This document shows positions 1-7,747 of a stretch of 32,000 bases of DNA, piece after piece; position 1 is the stretch's first letter, and each line of letters opens with the position of its first letter. The notes beneath the pieces are model-generated. The model saw nothing but the letters and a program-made list of their open reading frames with translations, did not search any database and was not told the DNA's origin. Position numbers and translations under genes: made by a program. This DNA is from Xanthomonas phage X1: sequence record OQ427096.1; one strand, given 5' to 3'.

Positions 1-201
1 AACGGTGAGGTTAACCCGTTCGGATTCATTTCCCTGTGCGTATGGCGAGCATTCCTGGGCTACATTGCCTACGAGAAGAAGCTCCAAAAGACTAAGATGG
101 ATATGATGACTGATCCTGTCAACGAGTTCTTCTCGACGATGGATGGCGATCACGGTCACTACATCGACAACTACGACGTCGTTGAATTCATGAGCCACTG
201 A
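1..201 (+). CDS. 55: C-terminal fragment of a T4 gp55-like late sigma factor (5' end outside window)
   Basis: Open frame from base 1 to TGA 199-201: NGEVNPFGFISLCVWRAFLGYIAYEKKLQKTKMDMM... It resembles the gp55 [22 protein letters not shown] segment, and the position next to gp47 matches T4 synteny. Confidence 0.6.
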   Translation, partial: NGEVNPFGFISLCVWRAFLGYIAYEKKLQKTKMDMMTDPVNEFFSTMDGDHGHYIDNYDVVEFMSH

Positions 202-210
202 GGTAATCAT

Positions 211-1272
211 ATGAAGATTGCAATGATTACCGATCAGCACTTTGGTGTTCGCAATGGCTCCAAGTTCTTCTTGGACAACTACGAGAAGTTCTACAATGAG
301 ATCTTCTTCCCGACTATCGACGAACTAGGCATCACTCACCTCTGGATGCTCGGTGACTTTTGGGAATACCGCACTCGTATTGACGTGGTTACTCTGTGGC
401 GCGCTCAAGAGATCTTCCTTGACCGCCTTGAGGAACGTGGCATTCAAGTAACCATCATCTATGGTAACCACGACGTCGCCTACAAGAATCGAAACGACAT
501 CAACTCGATCGACTTCTTGGCGAAGATGTACAAGAACATCCATGTGGTCAAGACACACGAGACGATTGAGTTTGATGGGACTCCTGTCAACTTCCTGAGC
601 TGGGTGAACAACTCCAACCTGGCAGATAGTCTCGAGTTCATCAAGAACTGTCCGCCTACCATCCTGTGTGGTCACTTTGAGATCAAGTCGTTTGAAATGA
701 TCAAGGGTCATGTATGTGAACACGGCTTCGACAAGAGCCTGTTTGATCGCTTTGATCAGGTCTATTCAGGACACTTCCACACGGTCTCCACCGACGGTCG
801 AATCTTCTACATCTCAAATCCATCTCAGACCAATTGGTCCGACTACGGTCTCGACAAAGGTTTCCGAATCTTTGACACGACCACTCGAGAGTTGGAATTT
901 GTTCCAAATCCGTTTGATGTCTACTCCAAGATCGCCTATAATGACGACATTGATATCGTAGAGTTTGACTACGATGGATATGCCGATAAGATCGTTCGCG
1001 TCTATGTGCAGTCTTACTCTTCGACAAACCAGCACAAGCTGAGTCTGTTCCTCGAGAAGTTGAACAAGGTTGTCTATAGCGCAGACCTGATCGAGATCGA
1101 CGAGACTCAATTCAATAGCGAGACTGGTGACCTGCAATTCGTAGACAACCATGAGCTGATTGAGAAATACATCGAAGAGGTTGTCCAGAGCCCAACCATT
1201 GACAAGAACGTCCTCAAAGGCATGTTCAAGGAAATGTACCGTGAGGCACTGGATATGGCAGAGACAGAATGA
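211..1272 (+). CDS. 47: gp47-like recombination endonuclease subunit (SbcD/Mre11 metallophosphoesterase)
   Basis: MKIAMITDQHFGVRNG, LGDFWE, IYGNHD and CGHFE...YSGHFH motifs; adjacent to gp46. Confidence 0.95.
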   Translation: MKIAMITDQHFGVRNGSKFFLDNYEKFYNEIFFPTIDELGITHLWMLGDFWEYRTRIDVVTLWRAQEIFLDRLEERGIQVTIIYGNHDVAYKNRNDINSIDFLAKMYKNIHVVKTHETIEFDGTPVNFLSWVNNSNLADSLEFIKNCPPTILCGHFEIKSFEMIKGHVCEHGFDKSLFDRFDQVYSGHFHTVSTDGRIFYISNPSQTNWSDYGLDKGFRIFDTTTRELEFVPNPFDVYSKIAYNDDIDIVEFDYDGYADKIVRVYVQSYSSTNQHKLSLFLEKLNKVVYSADLIEIDETQFNSETGDLQFVDNHELIEKYIEEVVQSPTIDKNVLKGMFKEMYREALDMAETE

Positions 1273-1487
1273 CAACTTATGTAGATGAAATGAGAACAGA
1301 GCTTCTTGGATATGCGGCTCTTGATCCTGAAATCCTTGCATTCATGCGCAAGCGTTTGCCTAGGATCATCGCTGAAGAACTTGTAGGTGTCCAACCAATG
1401 GATGAAGGTGGCAAGGCCTTTGAGGAGCTCTATCAGCATCTTAAAGCGACTAACAAAGCCTTTGTCTTTTCGAGCAATTTTGAATGA
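1269..1487 (+). CDS. Small hypothetical protein between gp47 and gp46
   Basis: ATGA overlap with the upstream stop and overlap with the gp46 start; 72 aa. Confidence 0.7.
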   Translation: MTTYVDEMRTELLGYAALDPEILAFMRKRLPRIIAEELVGVQPMDEGGKAFEELYQHLKATNKAFVFSSNFE

Positions 1488-3202
1488 TCTATTTTCGTAA
1501 ACTGAGATTCAAGAATATCTTGTCCTTCGGCGACGTTATGACCGAAGTACAGCTGGATCGCTCACCATCAACAATGGTCATCGGAAAGAATGGTGTCGGT
1601 AAGAGTTCTCTCTTGCTGGACACCCTCGCCTTTGGTCTGTTTGGTAAGCCTTTCCGCAAGATCAAGAAAGAGCATCTGATCAACACTAAGAATGGTAGAG
1701 ATGCTCTGGTTGAGATTGAGTTTGACAAGGATGGCAAGAGCTACCTTGTTCGCCGAGGCATCAAGCCTGGCATTTTTGAGATCTTCGAGGACGGTAAGCT
1801 CCTGAATCAGGAAGCCAACAACCGCGACTATCAGAAGATCTTCGAGCAGCAGATCCTCTGTATGAACTACGACGCTGCCTGTCAGATCATTCTGGTTGGT
1901 AAGGCTCAGCACACGATGTTCATGCAGCTCAACACTGGCGAACGTCGCAAGTTTGTTGAGGTTGTGCTGAACCTGATCGTGTTCTCAAACATGGCACGTC
2001 TGCACAATGCAAAGACGACCGAGCTTCGTAACCGTATCGGTGAACTCAAGACTGCAATCACTGTCGCAGCAGAGAAGATCAAGATTCGCAAGAAGTACAT
2101 TGATGACCTCAAGAACGCTGATAAGCAAAATGCAGCAGCAGAACTTGAACGTATCAATGCTCAGATTGACGAGATCACTGCTCAGTTGACTGAGCTACAT
2201 GCGCGTAAGAGCGAGATTGAAACGGTTGAAGGTATTGACAGGGATGCCTATAAGAAGGCGATGAATCATCTGTCTGAGCACTCCAAGATGATCGTCAAGC
2301 TGGACACTTCGCTGTCTCAGATTGAGAACAGTCTGCGCCAGTTGAACAAGTCTCAGGATTGCCCTACCTGCCATCGTCCTCTAGAACATGAGGATCATGC
2401 TAAGCAAGTCGATCACCTTACAGACAAGAAAGCCAAGATCGATCTGGCAAAGATGGAGCTGTCTGTTCGCATTCAGCAATTTGAGTCGGTCGTGGCTGAA
2501 TTCGAGGTTGCGGTTGCTAAGTACGACGCCTACATCGACAAGGTTCGCTCGGTTGACATGCAGATTGCATCGGCTGAATCCAAGCGAGACTTCCTGGTCG
2601 CTGAGACAAAGAAGGAACGTCACAGTCAGGCAGACAAGATCAAGGAAGCAAACGGCGAGTTGAAAAAGCTCGAGGACATGCACACCGCTCTGGTAGACAA
2701 GCTGGAACAGCTTTATACTAAGAGTGATTACATGAGCCTGATTGGAACGATGCTGCAGGACAAGGGTATCAAGACAATGCTGATCAAGCGCTTCATTCCG
2801 ATCATCAACCATGAGGTCAACACTCACCTCAATCACCTCGGTCTGTTCGTCAACTTCCATCTGGATGAAAACTTTGACGAAACGATCAAGGCACGAGGCT
2901 TTGACACCCTCGGGTACAATTCGTTCTCAGAAGGTGAGAAGCTGCGCATGGATATGGCGCTTCTGATGGCATGGCGCGATATCGCACGAATGCAGGGCAA
3001 CGTTGCAACAAACATCCTTATCTTTGACGAGATCTTTGACAGCTCACTTGACCAAGGCGGCGCTGACGCATTGGCAGACATGCTTGCACTGGTGAAGGAC
3101 TTGAACGTCTTCATCGTCACGCACACTCCAGAGAAGATCATTGACAAAGTCCGTTCAACCATGAAGATCGAGAAAGTCGACGGGTTTAGTAGAATCGTAT
3201 GA
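1484..3202 (+). CDS. 46: gp46-like recombination endonuclease subunit (SbcC/Rad50 ATPase)
   Basis: Walker A IGKNGVGKSSL, zinc hook CPTC inside a coiled coil, signature FSEGEKLRMDMALL, Walker B NILIFDEIFD. Confidence 0.96.
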   Translation: MIYFRKLRFKNILSFGDVMTEVQLDRSPSTMVIGKNGVGKSSLLLDTLAFGLFGKPFRKIKKEHLINTKNGRDALVEIEFDKDGKSYLVRRGIKPGIFEIFEDGKLLNQEANNRDYQKIFEQQILCMNYDAACQIILVGKAQHTMFMQLNTGERRKFVEVVLNLIVFSNMARLHNAKTTELRNRIGELKTAITVAAEKIKIRKKYIDDLKNADKQNAAAELERINAQIDEITAQLTELHARKSEIETVEGIDRDAYKKAMNHLSEHSKMIVKLDTSLSQIENSLRQLNKSQDCPTCHRPLEHEDHAKQVDHLTDKKAKIDLAKMELSVRIQQFESVVAEFEVAVAKYDAYIDKVRSVDMQIASAESKRDFLVAETKKERHSQADKIKEANGELKKLEDMHTALVDKLEQLYTKSDYMSLIGTMLQDKGIKTMLIKRFIPIINHEVNTHLNHLGLFVNFHLDENFDETIKARGFDTLGYNSFSEGEKLRMDMALLMAWRDIARMQGNVATNILIFDEIFDSSLDQGGADALADMLALVKDLNVFIVTHTPEKIIDKVRSTMKIEKVDGFSRIV

Positions 3203-3426
3203 GCACATTCTTTCAACAGTTCTTCGAGGACACCTGTAAAAATGTCCTTAGCAATCATCTCGGCGAGTTGTCGGATGAGGTAACATATCAAGAGATCCGT
3301 ATTGATCTAGCCGAATATGCTAGACTCACGGGAGTCCAAATTGTTATGAAGGTCGTTGGACCAAGGCACCTGAACTTCTCTACATGGAGTCAGGACGTTC
3401 AGTATTTCTATGACTACCAATGGTAA
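3199..3426 (+). CDS. Small hypothetical protein
   Basis: 75 aa ORF overlapping the gp46 stop (ATGA), operon-style. Confidence 0.65.
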   Translation: MSTFFQQFFEDTCKNVLSNHLGELSDEVTYQEIRIDLAEYARLTGVQIVMKVVGPRHLNFSTWSQDVQYFYDYQW

Positions 3427-3432
3427 AAGATC

Positions 3433-3597
3433 ATGAGTAAGCGTTTGACCCAGTACTTCTATCTGTACGAACTCGGTGAGAACACCATCACCGAGCGCAT
3501 CACATTCTTTGAGGGCGAACGCCCCGAGGCTCTTGCCATTCCCGGTTGGAAGGGTTGGTTGGACGAGTTGGTCCATGCAGGTGAAGCTGCATTTTGA
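3433..3597 (+). CDS. Small hypothetical protein, 54 aa (absent from the supplied ORF track)
   Basis: ATG at 3433: MSKRLTQYFYLYELGENTITERITFFEGERPEALAIPGWKGWLDELVHAGEAAF, TGA at 3595-3597; follows the previous gene by 6 nt. Confidence 0.6.
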   Translation: MSKRLTQYFYLYELGENTITERITFFEGERPEALAIPGWKGWLDELVHAGEAAF

Positions 3598-3604
3598 TAC
3601 ATGC

Positions 3605-3647
3605 CTGAGGTTACATGTTGCCTCAGTCACCTACCTGTTAGTATAAG
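3605..3647 (+). promoter_or_regulatory. Small hairpin (CTGAGG-N10-CCTCAG) with an overlapping candidate sigma70-like promoter upstream of the clamp gene
   Basis: CTGAGG 3605-3610 pairs with CCTCAG 3621-3626; TTGCCT (3618-3623), 18 nt, TATAAG (3642-3647); one of few intergenic gaps in this operon. Confidence 0.35.
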
Positions 3648-3677
3648 CACATATTGTTCACTTAGGAGTTGTAAATT

Positions 3678-4316
3678 ATGAGTTTGTCATCTGAAACTTT
3701 GAATGTTCTGAAGAACTTTGCCTCGATCAACCAGGGTCTCCTGTTCAAGCCAGGCAATCGTCTTCGTACTCTGTCCGTTCTGAAGAACGTGTTCGCTGTC
3801 GCTGAAATCAACGACGAGATTACTCGCGAGTTCGCTATCTACGACCTCAACGAGTTCCTGGGCACGATCAGCCTGTTCTCCAAGCCGCACCTGACCTTCA
3901 ATGAAGATCACATCCTGATTCAGGACGGCAAGACCAAGGTCAAGTACTTCTATAGCTCGCCGGCAGTTGTTGTGTCGCCGCCGGACAAGGATATCGTGCT
4001 GACCGATCCGCTGCTGACCTTCGAACTGACCGAAGGCAACATCAACCAGATTCAGAAGGCTGCGGCTACTCTGAAACTGAAGGAACTGTCGATCCGCGAA
4101 GGCAAGCTGACCGCACTCAACTCGGGTGGCGTTGGCAATCAGATCACCATTGAGCTGGATACCGAAGGCAAGATGAGTGACGAGAAGCTCGTCAAGATCG
4201 AGAACCTGAAGCTCATCGAAGGTTCGTATAATGTCAAGGTCTTCGAGCAGGCAGTTGAGTTCAGCCACATGACCAAGCCGGGTCTCGTCTACCTGGTCAC
4301 CGTCGAGGCCAAGTAA
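3678..4316 (+). CDS. 45: Sliding clamp (gp45-like DNA polymerase processivity factor)
   Basis: MSLSSETLNVLKNFASINQGLLFKPGN...FAIYDLNEFLGTISLF closely follows the T4 gp45 N-terminal pattern; next to the clamp loader genes. Confidence 0.95.
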   Translation: MSLSSETLNVLKNFASINQGLLFKPGNRLRTLSVLKNVFAVAEINDEITREFAIYDLNEFLGTISLFSKPHLTFNEDHILIQDGKTKVKYFYSSPAVVVSPPDKDIVLTDPLLTFELTEGNINQIQKAAATLKLKELSIREGKLTALNSGGVGNQITIELDTEGKMSDEKLVKIENLKLIEGSYNVKVFEQAVEFSHMTKPGLVYLVTVEAK

Positions 4317-4317
4317 G

Positions 4318-4734
4318 ATGACGGCCATCTTCGGGAACATTCTCGATCAGGCGCTGGAGCTAAACCTCCAGCGCCAGGCCATCAATGCTAACTACCGACA
4401 CAACTTCGAGCCACACATGTGGATGCGCGAGTTCTGTACGGTTCGCCTGCAGATCGGTCGTGGTTGTGGTCACACAATGGCAATCCGCTCTCGTTCTAAG
4501 CGAGATGATTTGGTGATTGTTCCGTCGTCATTCCATATCATGACGATGTCTGAGAATCGAGTAGAGAAGCCTACTGTCATTTCCTCGACTGATCCGAATG
4601 CCATTGTCCTTCGCGGAAAGACTTTCAAGCGAATCTGGGTTGATGATGCTTCGATTCGTTCTGATGGTGATATTCGGAATGTGTATGTGATTGCATTGAT
4701 GCATCGTGCCGAACAAATTATCCTTGTAGGCTGA
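4318..4734 (+). CDS. Hypothetical protein with degenerate P-loop-like motifs, between clamp and clamp loader genes
   Basis: QIGRGCGHTMAI (Walker A-like with His in place of Lys) and KRIWVDDAS (Walker B-like). Confidence 0.7.
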   Translation: MTAIFGNILDQALELNLQRQAINANYRHNFEPHMWMREFCTVRLQIGRGCGHTMAIRSRSKRDDLVIVPSSFHIMTMSENRVEKPTVISSTDPNAIVLRGKTFKRIWVDDASIRSDGDIRNVYVIALMHRAEQIILVG

Positions 4735-4752
4735 TTTAACAACTGTGAGATA

Positions 4753-5703
4753 TTGATAATGAGTGACGAGAAAGAAATGTACCTGTGGAGTGAGAACTAT
4801 CGTCCGCACACTGTGAATGACTGTATTCTTCCTCCACGTTTGAAGACCTACTTCCAGGCAATTGTGGATAAGGGACAACTGGCCAATATGACATTGGTTG
4901 GTGGACCGGGTACAGGTAAGACCACCGTCGCACGTGCGATGTGTGAAGAGCTGAAAATCGATCATATCGTCATCAACGCGTCTGAGAACGGCAACATTGA
5001 GACGATTCGTACTACGGTACGACAGTTTGCATCGACGGTCAGCTTCGGAGGTGGCATCAAGGCCATCATCCTGGACGAGGCGGACGGTCTGACCAAGAAT
5101 GCTCAGCAAGCTCTGCGCGCCTCGATTGAAGAGTTTGCAGGCAACTGCCGCTTCATCTTTACCGGCAACTTCGGTAACCAGATCATTGAACCTCTGACCA
5201 GTCGAGCACCGATCGTTGAGATCGTCTTCTCGAAGGAAGAGAAGAAGGCTCTGCTGATGGAGTTCTTGAAGAAGGTTGCAGGTGTCCTTAAGTCGAAGGG
5301 TATCGCATTCACTCCTGAAGAACTGACTCAGGTCATCGTCAAGAACTTCCCTGACTTCCGTAAGACTTGGAACCTGATCCAGCGTTATTCGGCTAACGGT
5401 TCACTCGAGATTACGAGTCAGACTGGTATCAATGATGGTGCTCTGAAAGAACTGATTGATTACCTAAAGGGTAAGAAGTTTGGCGACATGCGCAAGTGGG
5501 TCGTTGATCACCTCGACAATGATGCAGCATCTCTGCGTCGCAGCCTGTATGAAAAGATGGCTGTCTTTGTCAAGCCTCAGAGCATTCCTCAGCTGGTTCT
5601 GATCATCGCAGAGTACGACTATAAGGAAGGTCACGTCATGGACAAGGAAATCAACACCGTTGCGATGTTGACTACCATGATGGCGGACGTTGAATTCGTA
5701 TAA
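4753..5703 (+). CDS. 44: Clamp loader large subunit (gp44-like AAA+ ATPase)
   Basis: YRPHTVNDCILP, GGPGTGKTTVARA, IILDEADGLTKNAQQALR, FIFTGNF. Confidence 0.96.
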   Translation: MIMSDEKEMYLWSENYRPHTVNDCILPPRLKTYFQAIVDKGQLANMTLVGGPGTGKTTVARAMCEELKIDHIVINASENGNIETIRTTVRQFASTVSFGGGIKAIILDEADGLTKNAQQALRASIEEFAGNCRFIFTGNFGNQIIEPLTSRAPIVEIVFSKEEKKALLMEFLKKVAGVLKSKGIAFTPEELTQVIVKNFPDFRKTWNLIQRYSANGSLEITSQTGINDGALKELIDYLKGKKFGDMRKWVVDHLDNDAASLRRSLYEKMAVFVKPQSIPQLVLIIAEYDYKEGHVMDKEINTVAMLTTMMADVEFV

Positions 5704-5720
5704 ATATCTAGGAGGTAACA

Positions 5721-6125
5721 ATGGCATCTATGAGTCCATTTGATATCGCCTCGCACATCAACGAGAAGAAAGGTGTGCTGGATGTTGAAGAAATTGGCTA
5801 TAGTTCGTACGTAGTCAACAAGGTACTGTCGAATACAATTGATAGTGTCTTGTTCGCGAATGAGATGAATCGTTACTGGGGACTTCCAACCCAGGCGCAA
5901 TTTGACTTCTATTACCATGGTCTGCCGAAGAAGAAGCGTTTCGGCAAGTGGCACAAGAATCAGGACGACACCGCGTCGCTCGATCTAATTCAGGAATACT
6001 ACGGATATAGTCGGAAACGAGCCAAAGATGTGCTCGGACTTCTTCGACCTTATCTTGATGACATTCGCAAAGAATTAGAAAAAGGTGGCAAAAATGTCGC
6101 AAAACAGAAAGCAGGAACTTCTTGA
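5721..6125 (+). CDS. 62: Clamp loader small subunit (gp62-like)
   Basis: Position between gp44 and RegA; ...LPTQAQFDFYYHGLPKKKRFGKWHK resembles gp62 [21 protein letters not shown]. Confidence 0.85.
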   Translation: MASMSPFDIASHINEKKGVLDVEEIGYSSYVVNKVLSNTIDSVLFANEMNRYWGLPTQAQFDFYYHGLPKKKRFGKWHKNQDDTASLDLIQEYYGYSRKRAKDVLGLLRPYLDDIRKELEKGGKNVAKQKAGTS

Positions 6126-6519
6126 GTCCTTCTTTGAAATTGAACCTTTGAACAAGGATCAGTTTCTAAAGGTACGTGAAACTTTGACCCGTATTGGGTT
6201 GCCGAGCAAGCGCAATGGTGATCAGACTCTTTGGCAGACATGCCACGTCTTCCATAAGCAAGGTCGTTACTACATCGTCCATTTCAAGCAGCTGTTCCTG
6301 CTCGATGGTCGAACAGATGTAACCGACTTTACCGATGAAGATGAAGATCGTCTGGAGTTCATCGTAAACTTGCTTGAGCAGTGGGGTTTGGTCACATCAC
6401 TGGTTGAAGTTGACGCCAGAGTTGAATCAAACGTAATGATTATCCCTTATCGCGATAAGCATAAGTGGAGCCTTCGTGTGAAATACTCCTTGGGAAATAC
6501 TGATAATGGCGAGAGCTAA
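6094..6519 (+). CDS. regA: RegA-like translational repressor
   Basis: FLKVRETLTRIGLP...LWQTCHVFHKQGRYYIVHFKQLFLLDGR matches the T4 RegA pattern; ATG 6094 preceded by AAAGG (track ORF starts at an upstream GTG, 6085). Confidence 0.95.
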   Translation: MSQNRKQELLESFFEIEPLNKDQFLKVRETLTRIGLPSKRNGDQTLWQTCHVFHKQGRYYIVHFKQLFLLDGRTDVTDFTDEDEDRLEFIVNLLEQWGLVTSLVEVDARVESNVMIIPYRDKHKWSLRVKYSLGNTDNGES

Positions 6520-7117
6520 GAAAGAAGAGCAGGTCACTGACCTGGGCGCGCTGGATATGTCCAGCGTAGCTGTCATCGGACAGATTGCATCGTTCGAAGA
6601 TGACAACGTTGGCTTCTATCAGAAGCGCAACAAGACCATTCCTGATTATGCGACAGAGTTCTCGGCAGGCTTTGACCTGAGCGTTGACATTGAAGCAGGT
6701 GACGTGATCAACAAGTACGATCATCGTAATCAGAAGATCGAAATCACTGCTCGTGGACAAGACAACGCTCCGGCGCGTCTGTATCTGGAGCCAGGTGATC
6801 GTGCTCTGGTTCCGACTGGCTTGCACGCGGATATCCCGGAAGGCTACTACATCGCGATTCATGCGCGTAGTGGAACTTCCTGGAAACAGGGTCTGATTCT
6901 GACAAATGGCGTCGCAGTGATTGACGCAGACTACGTGGGCGAGATCTTCATCTCGGTCACCAACAACAGTGGCACCAGGGTAGTCCTAGAAGACGGTGAG
7001 CGCATTGCTCAGGGGCTGCTGATGCCCGTTATCAAGGCGCCCTTCAAGAGGCTTGACACTAAGCCAGCACAAAAAACTAGCCGCGCAGGTGGCTTTGGAT
7101 CAACAGGGAGCAAGTAA
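6506..7117 (+). CDS. dut: dUTPase (dUTP diphosphatase)
   Basis: Trimeric dUTPase motifs: EFSAGFDLSVD, ARSGTSWKQGLILTNGVAVIDADYVGEI, ERIAQGLLMPV, RAGGFGSTG. Confidence 0.94.
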   Translation: MARAKKEEQVTDLGALDMSSVAVIGQIASFEDDNVGFYQKRNKTIPDYATEFSAGFDLSVDIEAGDVINKYDHRNQKIEITARGQDNAPARLYLEPGDRALVPTGLHADIPEGYYIAIHARSGTSWKQGLILTNGVAVIDADYVGEIFISVTNNSGTRVVLEDGERIAQGLLMPVIKAPFKRLDTKPAQKTSRAGGFGSTGSK

Positions 7118-7389
7118 TGAGCGATATCAAGTTGGTATGGACCACTCACGGTCAGATCCTCGGTGAGGTCACCGCCAAGGGCGATGGTTACGAAGTAGAG
7201 AATCCGGTATTCATTTCGCCGGGCGGGCAGGGTGTCAGCATGCTGCCTGTGAACATGTTCTCCGATGAAACGAAGATCACTCTGACGAAAGAGGACCTTC
7301 GCTTCGGTGGTCACCTGTTCGAGCCGATCACTGAGCTGCGCAACGCGTATACTCAGCAGTTCGGGTCAGGGATTCAGCTTCTGAGCTGA
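7117..7389 (+). CDS. Hypothetical protein
   Basis: 90 aa ORF overlapping the dut stop codon. Confidence 0.6.
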   Translation: MSDIKLVWTTHGQILGEVTAKGDGYEVENPVFISPGGQGVSMLPVNMFSDETKITLTKEDLRFGGHLFEPITELRNAYTQQFGSGIQLLS

Positions 7390-7746
7390 GTCGGCTGAAA
7401 CGCCATATCTCGCCGAGATCAGCTTGCTAACACTTGCTGATCCGGCGATGACGCCTAGATAGGCAAGCCAGATAAACTCAAGTGATGCTGCCGCTGGCGC
7501 AGTGATATTGATGAATAGGAACGCGATGGTCGCCACAAAACAGGCAACGACGTTCCAGAATTTTGTAGATGACACGGTCAGGGTGCCCGGCTCGTAGAAC
7601 ATAGAGCTGAGGTCAAGTTTCCTGATTGCCTTGAACAAGACATAAGCAATCATTAGCATGAAGACTAGTGCTGCACATGAGGCAGCAAACAGGAAGCCGT
7701 TGGTTCCAATGGCTAGCCATGCTAGAAATGAGGAGAGTAAAGACAT
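7366..7746 (-). CDS. Small membrane protein with about 3 TM helices; holin-like candidate
   Basis: LAIGTNGFLFAASCAALVFMLMIAYVLF, KFWNVVACFVATIAFLFINIT and IWLAYLGVIAGSASVSKLISARYG. It fills a gap that has no plausible plus-strand gene. Confidence 0.65.
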   Translation of the reverse strand: MSLLSSFLAWLAIGTNGFLFAASCAALVFMLMIAYVLFKAIRKLDLSSMFYEPGTLTVSSTKFWNVVACFVATIAFLFINITAPAAASLEFIWLAYLGVIAGSASVSKLISARYGVSADSAQKLNP

Positions 7747-7747
7747 A

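Noticed and set aside
3687-4340. 217-aa minus-strand ORF over the sliding clamp
   Set aside because: The gp45 reading is strong and the antisense product has no recognisable features.
7658-7747. N-terminal 30 codons of the track DNA polymerase ORF
   Set aside because: The gp43 family N-terminus matches MAFYTFCDSIG from ATG 7748; the upstream part overlaps the membrane ORF and looks non-native.
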